A DNA stretch of 20,231 nucleotides from positions 1-20,231 of the forward strand of contig JBJFGS010000013.1 of the NCBI GenBank assembly GCA_051892935.1, read 5' to 3'. The position numbers and the translations under genes were made by a program. This document shows, piece by piece, positions 9,497-17,236 of this stretch. The stretch comes from Candidatus Coprovivens sp. Its GTDB lineage: Bacteria; Bacillota_I; Bacilli_A; RF39; UBA660. A model generated the notes under the pieces. It was not told the DNA's origin and did no database searches. It worked only from the letters and a program-made list of their open reading frames with translations. Numbering within the stretch: position 1 is the first letter of the stretch; each line of letters begins with the position of its first letter.

Positions 9497-10039
9497 TTAA
9501 TGTTTCAATGCCTTTATTATTCTCTCTATATCATAGCTACTTAGATCATCTCTATTTTCTAACAACGTTTTTAATATTTCAGCTTCACTATTATATGAAC
9601 TATAAGATGCAAATCCTCTATTAAATGTGTTCCATATTTTGCTATCTAAAGATTCCATACTTTCTAATCGTTTGTCAAAACTATTAATTTTACTATCTAT
9701 ATTTGTTTCATATTTTTTAAAAAAGTCTTCTATCATTTTATTTAATTTAGGAATTTCATTGTTTTTTATTTCATAAATAATATTAGTTATTCTGGTTTTA
9801 GCTTCATTTTCCACACTTTTTTCAATATTTTCAATAGAAGATTTTCTTACAATTTCATTTTTAACATCGTTAGCTATTTGTGTTTTAACTTCATTATTTA
9901 TATTAGACTTGAAATTTCTAATTTCATCGTTTAAGTTTTTCTTATTTTTAACGTTTGAATAAATTGAATATATGCTAATACATAATGATATAATTGATGT
10001 AAAACTAATTGCACCAATTGCTAATCTTTTATTATTCAT
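9497..10039 (-). CDS. Membrane-anchored coiled-coil protein
   Basis: Start moved to MNNKRL (RBS GAAAGGAGA); N-terminal hydrophobic helix followed by heptad-like region. Confidence 0.75.
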   Translation of the reverse strand: MNNKRLAIGAISFTSIISLCISIYSIYSNVKNKKNLNDEIRNFKSNINNEVKTQIANDVKNEIVRKSSIENIEKSVENEAKTRITNIIYEIKNNEIPKLNKMIEDFFKKYETNIDSKINSFDKRLESMESLDSKIWNTFNRGFASYSSYNSEAEILKTLLENRDDLSSYDIERIIKALKH

Positions 10040-10055
10040 AATATATTCTCCTTTC

Positions 10056-10099
10056 AAAAATAAAAACCCTCTCTATCTAAATCCATTGATAAAGAGGGT
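10056..10099 (-). terminator. Intrinsic terminator
   Basis: Minus strand ACCCTCTTTATC...GATAGAGAGGGT followed by TTTTATTTTT, abutting the next RBS. Confidence 0.7.
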
Positions 10100-10157
10100 A
10101 ATAATCAAAGAAATCTCTATAAGAATTTCCAGACCCAATAGAATTGAGTCCGTCTCT

Positions 10158-11084
10158 TCAAGACATTAGGTCCCAAACGTTACCGTCAACGTTGAAGTCT
10201 AATAATATAGTTCTTTCATATCCATTTACGAAATCTCTAGCGTTAGTTTTATTTGCATCGTAAATGCCAAAGTCTACATAATTATCTCCTACTGGATTGT
10301 CTGGGTCATATATCCATCCTACAACTTGTCCAGCTTTACTTCTTGGTATTCCTAGCATATCATAAACTTCATTTAAGAATAAATGTCCTCTGCTTCTTAA
10401 TAAATCATTAGCATATTGTTGTTGAGCTTTAAGGAACATTAAATTATATTCTGGATCTTTTTCCCATCCTGTACATCCGTCATCAAAGAATCTAGCGTAA
10501 TCACTATATCCAGCTAATGGATCACAAACGTTAACTGTTTTAGTTTCTTTTTCTTCTTCTCCATTTTCGTTAACTTTTGACTCTTCAAATTGTTCTGCTT
10601 TGATGTTATATCTTATTTGATGTTCTACTTCTTCGCCAAATCTATCAGCAACGCGTTTTCTATATTCTTTGAAACTCTTATCGATTGTTCCGTATGCTGC
10701 AGCTAATGCTACATTTCTCTTTCTAAGAATATTGTTAGAAGTTATTATACAAGTAAGTGAAGCAGTGCCTAGAATTATTGAAGGTGTATAAAGTTTTACT
10801 AATTTAACAGCAGTTTGAGTATAAGTTATAACTAAATCTTTCTTTGCATCTTCTTCTGAATAATTATCAGAAAATGTTGGATCTGATTTTACTTCGTTAA
10901 TTTTTTCTATATTTTCTTTAGCATCTTCTAAAATATCATTAACTTTAGTTGTAGCTTTACAAGCCATTATTGCACTAGCAACAACGCCAACTGTACCAGC
11001 AACTATTAATATTTCAGGGCTATATTTTTTAACTTTTAGTCCAAATCTATTAGCTTTTAATTTTAAATTATCGTTAATTTTCAT
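10158..11084 (-). CDS. DUF6353-like phage protein, paralog 1
   Basis: SPEILIVAGTVGVVASAIMACKAT N-terminus and FLNEVYDMLG...GQVVGW C-terminal motif shared with 14085-14858 and 15140-15916. Start moved to MKIND (RBS AAAGGAGA). Family name recalled, not searched. Confidence 0.7.
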   Translation of the reverse strand: MKINDNLKLKANRFGLKVKKYSPEILIVAGTVGVVASAIMACKATTKVNDILEDAKENIEKINEVKSDPTFSDNYSEEDAKKDLVITYTQTAVKLVKLYTPSIILGTASLTCIITSNNILRKRNVALAAAYGTIDKSFKEYRKRVADRFGEEVEHQIRYNIKAEQFEESKVNENGEEEKETKTVNVCDPLAGYSDYARFFDDGCTGWEKDPEYNLMFLKAQQQYANDLLRSRGHLFLNEVYDMLGIPRSKAGQVVGWIYDPDNPVGDNYVDFGIYDANKTNARDFVNGYERTILLDFNVDGNVWDLMS

Positions 11085-11256
11085 AAATATCATTCTCCTT
11101 TATTAAATTTTTATTATTAGAATCCATACTATATCCAACTGCTCCTAATAGAATAGTAAATAACACACCGCTAGCAATACCAACACTGGCTAATATGCTA
11201 GTGTAAGGATAATTTACAAATATATCTTTTATTAATTGTAACTTATCGTCATCCAT
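11074..11256 (-). CDS. Small membrane protein (60 aa)
   Basis: SILASVGIASGVLFTILLGAVGY helix; TAATG coupling with the upstream ORF. Confidence 0.65.
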   Translation of the reverse strand: MDDDKLQLIKDIFVNYPYTSILASVGIASGVLFTILLGAVGYSMDSNNKNLIKENDIYEN

Positions 11257-11369
11257 TATCTAGCACCTGCCTTTCTCATAATTATACCGGCCATACCTAA
11301 TCCAATACCTATGCCGCATATAATACCAACAACATTTCCAGTTATATACCCTTTACAAAAATTTCTCAT
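11256..11369 (-). CDS. Gly-rich micro membrane protein (37 aa)
   Basis: Not in track. MRNFCKGYITGNVVGIICGIGIGLGMAGIIMRKAGAR; RBS AGGAGGT. Confidence 0.65.
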   Translation of the reverse strand: MRNFCKGYITGNVVGIICGIGIGLGMAGIIMRKAGAR

Positions 11370-11380
11370 AAATATACCTC

Positions 11381-11482
11381 CTAGTGTGTTGCAATGTAAG
11401 TCATACCAGCACCAAAAATAACACCACTAATAAACGCACCAACGCCCATTACAAATAAAGCTTTTTTCATTTTTTTAGTCAT
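11381..11482 (-). CDS. Micro membrane protein (33 aa)
   Basis: Not in track. MTKKMKKALFVMGVGAFISGVIFGAGMTYIATH; RBS AAGGAGGT. Confidence 0.65.
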   Translation of the reverse strand: MTKKMKKALFVMGVGAFISGVIFGAGMTYIATH

Positions 11483-11484
11483 AA

Positions 11485-11598
11485 TTAGACACAACCTCCT
11501 TGTGCTTTTTTAGCTATCATAATTCCTAAGCCCATACCTAAAATAATACACCCAAAACATATAATAGATGTAGATGCAAAATTTGATTTCTTTTTCAT
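11485..11598 (-). CDS. Micro membrane protein (37 aa)
   Basis: Not in track. MKKKSNFASTSIICFGCIILGMGLGIMIAKKAQGGCV; RBS AAGGAGT. Confidence 0.6.
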   Translation of the reverse strand: MKKKSNFASTSIICFGCIILGMGLGIMIAKKAQGGCV

Positions 11599-11599
11599 A

Positions 11600-11977
11600 C
11601 TATTTCCACTCCTTACCTAACATATAATTTTGATATTGTTCTATAGTCAATTCATTATCTTCTTTTTCTAGTTTTTCAAGGTCTTTAAAATATTCTTTTA
11701 AAGCCTCTTCATATTTCAATTTAAATTCTTCATCTAATTCTTCTTGTTTTTTCAAATACTCAATCAAATGCTGAGCATACCAAATTATCTTTTCGAGATC
11801 TTGAATTCCGTTCTTTCTTTTCCATCTGCATGCATATTTAATAATATTTCCAGTGTCGGTAGCTTCTACTCCTTTTAACTCTTCAGTGAACGCTTCAATA
11901 ACATCAATTACCTCTAATCCGGATTTAGATTGATAGTGAGTTGGGTGAGAAACCATTTTGTCAGTTGATTCATACAT
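11600..11977 (-). CDS. DUF3310 domain protein (T7 gp1.7-like putative nucleotide kinase)
   Basis: VSHPTHY...EVIDVI...GNIIKYACRW..KNGIQDLEKIIWY signature. Confidence 0.8.
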   Translation of the reverse strand: MYESTDKMVSHPTHYQSKSGLEVIDVIEAFTEELKGVEATDTGNIIKYACRWKRKNGIQDLEKIIWYAQHLIEYLKKQEELDEEFKLKYEEALKEYFKDLEKLEKEDNELTIEQYQNYMLGKEWK

Positions 11978-11979
11978 AA

Positions 11980-12627
11980 TTATTCTACCTCCAAATCATC
12001 AAATACTACTGGTATTATTTTTTGTAATTCTTTTAATAATGGAACAGCAACTTCTTTTATTTGAGGGTGAGGTTTACCGGTAACACCCACAGCTCTCAAT
12101 TTGAAGAAATGTCGCCATTCTCTTAAATTTGCAGTCATTACTATTTCAGTCTTAAGACTATTAGGAAGAACAGATCTTGCTTCTTGTGGAGTTGCTCCTC
12201 TATTTAACATTCTTATATAACAGGTTTCGCTATCTTTACAGCAAGTTAACCAATCAATATATTTTGCTATTCTTCTAGAATCGTCATCCAAAGCATCATT
12301 ACTAAAATAACAAGGTTCTATAAATGTCATCTCTCCATTTCCATAGTTGCAATATCTAGTGCTTTCTTGTGCGAAAGAGGCCATCCTATGACGGACTATT
12401 TCATGGGATACACCTCTATCTACAATAAACTTAACACTAAACGAATAATGTTCTAGCATTGCTTCGTGTCCATTTTTAACAAGTGCTTTTACCATTTTTT
12501 CAGCTGAGCCTTCTTTAATTTTATCTTCACTTTTGTAACATACTCTTGCTATTTTTTCTATCTTCTTTAAAACTTCTTTTCCGTCAATATCATCTAATAT
12601 TTCATATCCAGGTTTAATCACTTTCAT
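11980..12627 (-). CDS. thyX: FAD-dependent thymidylate synthase
   Basis: GHEAMLEH, EIVRHRMASFAQESTRY (ThyX motif), EARSVLP, NLREWRHFFKLR, HPQI. Confidence 0.95.
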   Translation of the reverse strand: MKVIKPGYEILDDIDGKEVLKKIEKIARVCYKSEDKIKEGSAEKMVKALVKNGHEAMLEHYSFSVKFIVDRGVSHEIVRHRMASFAQESTRYCNYGNGEMTFIEPCYFSNDALDDDSRRIAKYIDWLTCCKDSETCYIRMLNRGATPQEARSVLPNSLKTEIVMTANLREWRHFFKLRAVGVTGKPHPQIKEVAVPLLKELQKIIPVVFDDLEVE

Positions 12628-12641
12628 TAAAAATCCTCCGT

Positions 12642-12950
12642 CTAAATATAATCTTTAACTAATTTTTTATTTGAATAAATATCTCTTTCAATTTTTAATC
12701 CAAATGGTAATTCAATTTCTTCTAGTTCGTTAAGTGATAAATATCCCCATTCCCATTCAAAAATATGGCAATATCCAAATAAAAGCCAATCTCCGTCTGA
12801 TTGCTTTTCTCCTTCAGTAATAAGCCAAGTTCCGGCTCCACAAGGATTGAAATATTTCACAATAACTTCTGCTTCAAAACCTTTGTCTTCTTGAGAACCT
12901 ATAGGATATTTTTTAAATTTTGTTTCCAACTCTTTGGTCATTAGTTTCAT
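12642..12950 (-). CDS. DUF2958 family protein
   Basis: VKYFNPCGAGTWLITE...LFGY...EWGYLSLNELE...IERD signature. Confidence 0.75.
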   Translation of the reverse strand: MKLMTKELETKFKKYPIGSQEDKGFEAEVIVKYFNPCGAGTWLITEGEKQSDGDWLLFGYCHIFEWEWGYLSLNELEEIELPFGLKIERDIYSNKKLVKDYI

Positions 12951-12964
12951 ATTTATTCCTCCTT

Positions 12965-13561
12965 TTAATTTAAAGGTATTGCTCTTGGTAATTTGATCAT
13001 ATATCCGTCTCTAACTCTTACAACTTGAGCACTCCTAATATCAGTCCAACCATATTTATTATCTGTATAATTTCCTGTAATACCCACCAAATCATATAAG
13101 TCAGCAACACTAACTATTCCATAAGTGTCTATTAATTCGTCCATTCTTGCCAATACATCTTCAGCTTCCCCTCTATTGTCAAGAATTATATCGTCATAAC
13201 TATATCCTCCTCTTATACTAGTAAGTCTCGAACTTCTTTCATCACGTCTATCATAATAGTTCGTATAAGATATTCTTGATGCTGATGATCTCTTTTTACT
13301 AACGCCAGTCTCACCATATAAAATCATATCAATACCGTTTGTAACAATATCAGAAAGAGCTTTTTTCATAGCTGGTATAAGAACTTCCATTACAATATAA
13401 TTCTTCACATTACTAGCATCTTCTGAAATAAAAACATCAGCAAATTTTGTAACTCCACTTTTCTTTTTAGCTTTTACTTTACCTTGAACAACTTTATCCA
13501 CCTTTTTCTTTTCCTCGTTCTCCTTAGATTTATGTGAATTTGATTTATATTCTTGACTCAT
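12965..13561 (-). CDS. Hypothetical phage protein; C-terminus resembles the DUF6353-like motif
   Basis: Start moved to MSQEY (RBS GAAAGGAGA); VSVADLYDLVG...KYGW resembles SLNEFYDLVG...LGW of the paralogs. Confidence 0.75.
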   Translation of the reverse strand: MSQEYKSNSHKSKENEEKKKVDKVVQGKVKAKKKSGVTKFADVFISEDASNVKNYIVMEVLIPAMKKALSDIVTNGIDMILYGETGVSKKRSSASRISYTNYYDRRDERSSRLTSIRGGYSYDDIILDNRGEAEDVLARMDELIDTYGIVSVADLYDLVGITGNYTDNKYGWTDIRSAQVVRVRDGYMIKLPRAIPLN

Positions 13562-13590
13562 TAAAATATCTCCTTTCATATTTTTAATAA

Positions 13591-13629
13591 AAGACAAAAG
13601 AGAAAGTACCTCGTTTGAAGTACTCTCTC
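13591..13629 (-). terminator. Intrinsic terminator
   Basis: Minus strand GAGAGAGTACTTC-AAAC-GAGGTACTTTCTC followed by TTTTGTCTT. Confidence 0.7.
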
Positions 13630-13634
13630 TTCTT

Positions 13635-13766
13635 TTAAACTTGTATAAATCTTATTGATTTAATATAATCTTTGTTCGTTGTTTTAAAATCATAATAATG
13701 TTTCCATTCTCTAAATCTTTCTGTTTTTGTAATTCCATCTTTATAAATAAATTCGACTATTATCAT
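13635..13766 (-). CDS. Small hypothetical protein (43 aa)
   Basis: Not in track. MIIVEFIYKDGITKTERFREWKHYYDFKTTNKDYIKSIRFIQV; RBS AAAAGGAGT. Confidence 0.6.
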   Translation of the reverse strand: MIIVEFIYKDGITKTERFREWKHYYDFKTTNKDYIKSIRFIQV

Positions 13767-13784
13767 AAATACACTCCTTTTTAA

Positions 13785-14018
13785 TTAACAGTCTTCTTCG
13801 TTTTCTTCAGTATTTTCTTCTTCGTTAACTTCTTCATTGTTTTTTGCTTTTAATCTTGGCTTAACAACTTTCTTATATAATAATGTTCCCAATAAAGCTG
13901 TTGCTCCAACAACTAATCCAGCAACCAAACCTTTGTTAAAGTTAGTGTTTGATTCTTCTACCTCTGTTAAAATTTCATCAGCCTCATCAACTAAATTTAA
14001 GTTTGTGTTTTCTTCCAT
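13785..14018 (-). CDS. Small acidic single-TM protein
   Basis: Start moved to MEENT (RBS GAAAGGGG); GLVAGLVVGATALLGTLLY helix; first gene after motif copy 3. Confidence 0.75.
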   Translation of the reverse strand: MEENTNLNLVDEADEILTEVEESNTNFNKGLVAGLVVGATALLGTLLYKKVVKPRLKAKNNEEVNEEENTEENEEDC

Positions 14019-14054
14019 TTTTAAATCCCCTTTCAAATATAAAAATTTTATTCT

Positions 14055-14082
14055 TTCATTAAAGGCCTTGTAAATTTCGCGT
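14055..14082 (-). promoter_or_regulatory. 28-bp promoter-like motif, copy 3
   Basis: Minus strand ACGCGAAATTTACAAGGCCTTTAATGAA. Confidence 0.75.
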
Positions 14083-14084
14083 AT

Positions 14085-14858
14085 TTATAATAAATGCTGA
14101 TAATTATATTTAGGTGATACTGAATAATCTACAACAATACATGGAGTATCATCTTCTGATAGTTGTGTGCTAAATTCTATTTCTACAAGGCTATCATTTA
14201 CATTCCAACCTAATTCAAATCCTAATTGGGTATAAGGTAAACCAACTAAATCATAGAATTCATTTAATGAACAGTACATATCATTCATTAATTTTTTATT
14301 TATAATGTTTTCTGCTTTACGGATTTTATCAATATCTGATTTAAAATATCTTCCAGATATAGCATCGTAGCATAAAGTATTACCTTTTTCGGTTATTATA
14401 ACTTCATTATTTTTGACTGGGTTCTTTTCTATTTTTTCTTTTGCTACTTTATCTCTAACTTCTTGTTCTTTTTTCTCACCAATAGTTTCAATAACTTTTT
14501 CTTTGTATTCGGTAAATGCATTTTCAGAAAGTTTATAAGCGGTTGCTAATACCGCATTTCTTTTAGAATTAACAGAAGTTGCACCTATCAAACATGCAAC
14601 AGATACACCAGTTGTTATAGCTGTTGGAATATAGCATCTCCAACAAGTTTTGATAACATCTTTAGTGGTTAATTCATCAACATTTTCTTCTTCCTTCTTA
14701 TCTTCAATTAATCTTAAAGCTTTAGGAGTTGCTTTTACAGCTAATACAGTGGCTGACAACATTCCTGTTATTCCTAATCCTGTTAATATTTCTGGACTGT
14801 GTTGAGATACACTTGTTTTAACATGATTGATAATTTTTGAAATTCCTTCTTTTTTCAT
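14085..14858 (-). CDS. DUF6353-like phage protein, paralog 2
   Basis: SPEILTGLGITGMLSATVLAVKATPKA; YIPTAI; SLNEFYDLVG...GFELGW. Confidence 0.75.
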   Translation of the reverse strand: MKKEGISKIINHVKTSVSQHSPEILTGLGITGMLSATVLAVKATPKALRLIEDKKEEENVDELTTKDVIKTCWRCYIPTAITTGVSVACLIGATSVNSKRNAVLATAYKLSENAFTEYKEKVIETIGEKKEQEVRDKVAKEKIEKNPVKNNEVIITEKGNTLCYDAISGRYFKSDIDKIRKAENIINKKLMNDMYCSLNEFYDLVGLPYTQLGFELGWNVNDSLVEIEFSTQLSEDDTPCIVVDYSVSPKYNYQHLL

Positions 14859-14876
14859 TCTTAAATCTCCTTTCTA

Positions 14877-14913
14877 AAAAATAAAAAGAAAGAGCCTTTG
14901 TAAAGACTCTCCC
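14877..14913 (-). terminator. Intrinsic terminator
   Basis: Minus strand GGGAGAGTCTT-TACA-AAGGCTCTTTC followed by TTTTTATTTTT, then the RBS. Confidence 0.75.
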
Positions 14914-14921
14914 TTTTGAAG

Positions 14922-15080
14922 TTATTTCTCATTAACTTTTTGAATTGCTTCCTGAACTTTTTCGTCAATAAGTTTCTCCATATTTTTATTGCTAGCCCAT
15001 CCAGTTAAGGCTGTACCAGCCATTCCTAAAATAGTACCTGCAACACTAATAAGTTTAACCATATCGATATCTTTTTTCAT
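14922..15080 (-). CDS. Small single-TM protein (52 aa)
   Basis: Not in track. MKKDIDMVKLISVAGTILGMAGTALTGWASNKNMEKLIDEKVQEAIQKVNEK; RBS AAAGGGG; lies between motif copy 4 and a terminator. Confidence 0.75.
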   Translation of the reverse strand: MKKDIDMVKLISVAGTILGMAGTALTGWASNKNMEKLIDEKVQEAIQKVNEK

Positions 15081-15110
15081 AAACAAAATCCCCTTTTTAA
15101 TTTTAATCTC

Positions 15111-15138
15111 TTCATTAAAGAACTTGTAAATTTCGCGT
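15111..15138 (-). promoter_or_regulatory. 28-bp promoter-like motif, copy 4
   Basis: Minus strand ACGCGAAATTTACAAGTTCTTTAATGAA. Confidence 0.75.
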
Positions 15139-15139
15139 A

Positions 15140-15916
15140 TTAATATTCCATGAAATCCATGGTAGGTTCAAATGGATAATTGATAATATAGCATTCTAGT
15201 CCATCTTCTAATATAACTTTTTCATGTTTAAAGTCTATCCATTGATATCCATATATTGTATAACCTGCATAGCTAGACCATCCGAGAACTTCGCCTAAGT
15301 CAGTAGTTTCTAATCCTAAAAATTGATAAAATTCATTTAATTTAGCAAAATCTCTCAATGCAAAGTTCCTGTTAAAATGATATTCAGCATATTGAACATC
15401 TTCTATAGTTGCTTCAAAATATCTTTCAGAAATAGGTTCGTAAAATAACTTCTTTTCTCTAGGTTGATTTGAATATCCTTTTTCGTAATAATTATCTTTA
15501 GCTATTTCTTTTTTAATTTTTTCATCAGCATCATCACCATATAATTCTTTTACTTTATTTCTATATTGTTTGTATGATTCATCTAGTAACATATAAGCAC
15601 TTGTTAATGTGGCTTGTTTTTGTTTGTTCAACACATTTGCACTTAATATGCAAGCTATTGTAGACATGCCAATAACAATTGATGGAATGTAAGCTGGACC
15701 TGCAACACATATGATTTCGAATTTTGTAAGGTCTTCTCCTTTTTCGTCTTTAGCCTCGTCCAAAAGTCTAAGAGCCTTTGGTGTAGCTTTTACAGCCATG
15801 ACTGATGTCCCTACAACACCAAATGCTCCTATTCCAGACAATATGGTTGTAGAATGATTCTTTAAATATAATTTTGATTTGTAACATATACCGTCTAATA
15901 AAGCTTTTCCTTTCAT
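15140..15916 (-). CDS. DUF6353-like phage protein, paralog 3
   Basis: Start moved to MKGKALL (RBS GAAAGGAG); STTILSGIGAFGVVGTSVMAVKATPKA; KLNEFYQFLG...GEVLGW. Confidence 0.75.
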   Translation of the reverse strand: MKGKALLDGICYKSKLYLKNHSTTILSGIGAFGVVGTSVMAVKATPKALRLLDEAKDEKGEDLTKFEIICVAGPAYIPSIVIGMSTIACILSANVLNKQKQATLTSAYMLLDESYKQYRNKVKELYGDDADEKIKKEIAKDNYYEKGYSNQPREKKLFYEPISERYFEATIEDVQYAEYHFNRNFALRDFAKLNEFYQFLGLETTDLGEVLGWSSYAGYTIYGYQWIDFKHEKVILEDGLECYIINYPFEPTMDFMEY

Positions 15917-15947
15917 ATTATTACTCCTTTCAAATAAAAAATAAAAA

Positions 15948-16018
15948 GGAACGTGTCGGACTCGAACCAACGACACCCGCGTTTTAATGCAGTGCTCTAC
16001 CAACTGAGCTAACGTTCT
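15948..16018 (-). tRNA. tRNA-like RNA / pseudo-tRNA (Phe-like body, aberrant anticodon arm, no CCA)
   Basis: GAACGT-TA-GCTC AGTTGGTA GAGC-A-CTGC ATTAAAAC GCGG-GTGTC-GTTGG TTCGAGT CCGAC-ACGTTCC. D and T arms canonical; 6-bp acceptor; anticodon arm 16 nt instead of 17. Confidence 0.75.
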
Positions 16019-16019
16019 C

Positions 16020-16047
16020 TTCATTAAAGGACATGTAAATTTCGCGT
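16020..16047 (-). promoter_or_regulatory. 28-bp promoter-like motif, copy 5 (upstream of the tRNA-like RNA)
   Basis: Minus strand ACGCGAAATTTACATGTCCTTTAATGAA. Confidence 0.75.
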
Positions 16048-16049
16048 AC

Positions 16050-16409
16050 TTATACTTCTTTTCTATCAAATACAGTTTCCCATCGTTCTCTAGGTATTGG
16101 CTTCATTTTTAAAGCCCACATTATTTGTCTAACAGTTACTGTTGGATACAACTCGTCCTTACACTTTCCTGAATGTTTTTCAAAATATGACTTAAATTTA
16201 GGATTAAGGTAAATATCATCAGTAAGCCATGGATCTATTTCTGACCACCAAGTATGTTTTAATTCTTCGGAATATCGTTGTTGTATCACAGCTAGTCCGT
16301 TATCACCTATTTTAAATAATGTACATCTGTTATAAACAGGATGATTGCAAATATAATTTTCTCCATACATTGATAAATATATTTTTGGTTTATTATAATG
16401 GTATCTCAT
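16050..16409 (-). CDS. Hypothetical phage protein
   Basis: Start moved to MRYHY (RBS AGGAGA); aromatic-rich globular sequence. Confidence 0.75.
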   Translation of the reverse strand: MRYHYNKPKIYLSMYGENYICNHPVYNRCTLFKIGDNGLAVIQQRYSEELKHTWWSEIDPWLTDDIYLNPKFKSYFEKHSGKCKDELYPTVTVRQIMWALKMKPIPRERWETVFDRKEV

Positions 16410-16422
16410 ATTTCTCCTATGC

Positions 16423-16457
16423 AAAAAATAAGAACCCATGTTATTCACACGAGTTCT
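16423..16457 (-). terminator. Intrinsic terminator
   Basis: Minus strand AGAACTCGTG-TGAATAA-CATGGGTTCT followed by TATTTTTT. Confidence 0.7.
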
Positions 16458-16466
16458 AGTTTCTTT

Positions 16467-16748
16467 TTATTTATTTTCAGTAATGTCAACGCCAATATAA
16501 TTTAAAAATGTATCTAAATTCATTACTTGACCACAATTTGGACATATGTACTCTCCGTCTTTCCATTTTATTTCACTATTACAATAATCACAATATACAC
16601 TGTCTCCATCTACGTCATAAACATTTTCGTAAGTTTCATCTATTTCGTCATCTATATAATCTTTAAAGTCATCGTCTTCTAAATCGTCAAAATTTTCATA
16701 GTTTCTGCTATCTTCTTCATCATAAATTTTTTCGTAATCTTTATTCAT
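16467..16748 (-). CDS. Highly acidic protein with C-terminal Zn ribbon
   Basis: Start moved to MNKDY (RBS AAGGTGG); D/E-rich N-terminus; CDYC...CPNC. Confidence 0.75.
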   Translation of the reverse strand: MNKDYEKIYDEEDSRNYENFDDLEDDDFKDYIDDEIDETYENVYDVDGDSVYCDYCNSEIKWKDGEYICPNCGQVMNLDTFLNYIGVDITENK

Positions 16749-16780
16749 TCGCACCACCTTTTCTAAAATTATTCGTATTA

Positions 16781-16808
16781 AGTATAACATCAATAGCAAA
16801 AATATGAA
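16781..16808 (-). promoter_or_regulatory. Possible host sigma-A promoter (extended -10)
   Basis: Minus strand TTCATA-16 nt-TATACT with TGn directly upstream of the -10 box, just after a terminator. Confidence 0.4.
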
Positions 16809-16810
16809 AG

Positions 16811-16852
16811 AAAAAAATAAGAATCAAGAGACCTTGTACGATCTCTCAATTC
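16811..16852 (-). terminator. Intrinsic terminator
   Basis: Minus strand GAATTGAGAGATC-GTACAA-GGTCTCTTGATTC followed by TTATTTTTTT. Confidence 0.75.
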
Positions 16853-16862
16853 CTGAATCATA

Positions 16863-17210
16863 TTATTTAGTAGTTTTAAATTTTTGAAATAAATTTCTAA
16901 ATGTTGTTGATGTAAATGTTCCAGTTTCTTCAAATTTAAATCCTTTATTCATCCATCTAGAATAGAACATCAATGGCAATATAATTCCAGCTACATCTAT
17001 ACCTAATTTTAAATATTGATTTATAACATCTTTGTTCAATTTTTGTTTTTCATCGACTTTAGTGTCTTCATCCATTTTTATTTTGTATAGTTTAGTTAAA
17101 CTTTCTACTGCTCTTGAGTGTTCTTCTCCACCTGGTTCTAAAGTTTTTAGATATTTGATTTCCTCCTCAATCTCCTTACATAATAATTCATTGATATTTT
17201 TTTCTTCCAT
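16863..17210 (-). CDS. Hypothetical protein with C-terminal hydrophobic segment
   Basis: Start moved to MEEKN (RBS GAGAGGGG); cargo of motif copy 6. Confidence 0.75.
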   Translation of the reverse strand: MEEKNINELLCKEIEEEIKYLKTLEPGGEEHSRAVESLTKLYKIKMDEDTKVDEKQKLNKDVINQYLKLGIDVAGIILPLMFYSRWMNKGFKFEETGTFTSTTFRNLFQKFKTTK

Positions 17211-17236
17211 TTTAAAATCCCCTCTCAAATATATTC

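Noticed and set aside
10650-10656. ACGCGT inside the DUF6353-like gene as a further motif copy
   Set aside because: Lacks the TTCATWA and TGT elements at the required spacing.
15917-16069. 51-aa N-terminal extension of the 309-aa ORF in the track
   Set aside because: It runs through the promoter motif and tRNA-like RNA. A strong RBS precedes ATG 15916 and paralog similarity begins after it.
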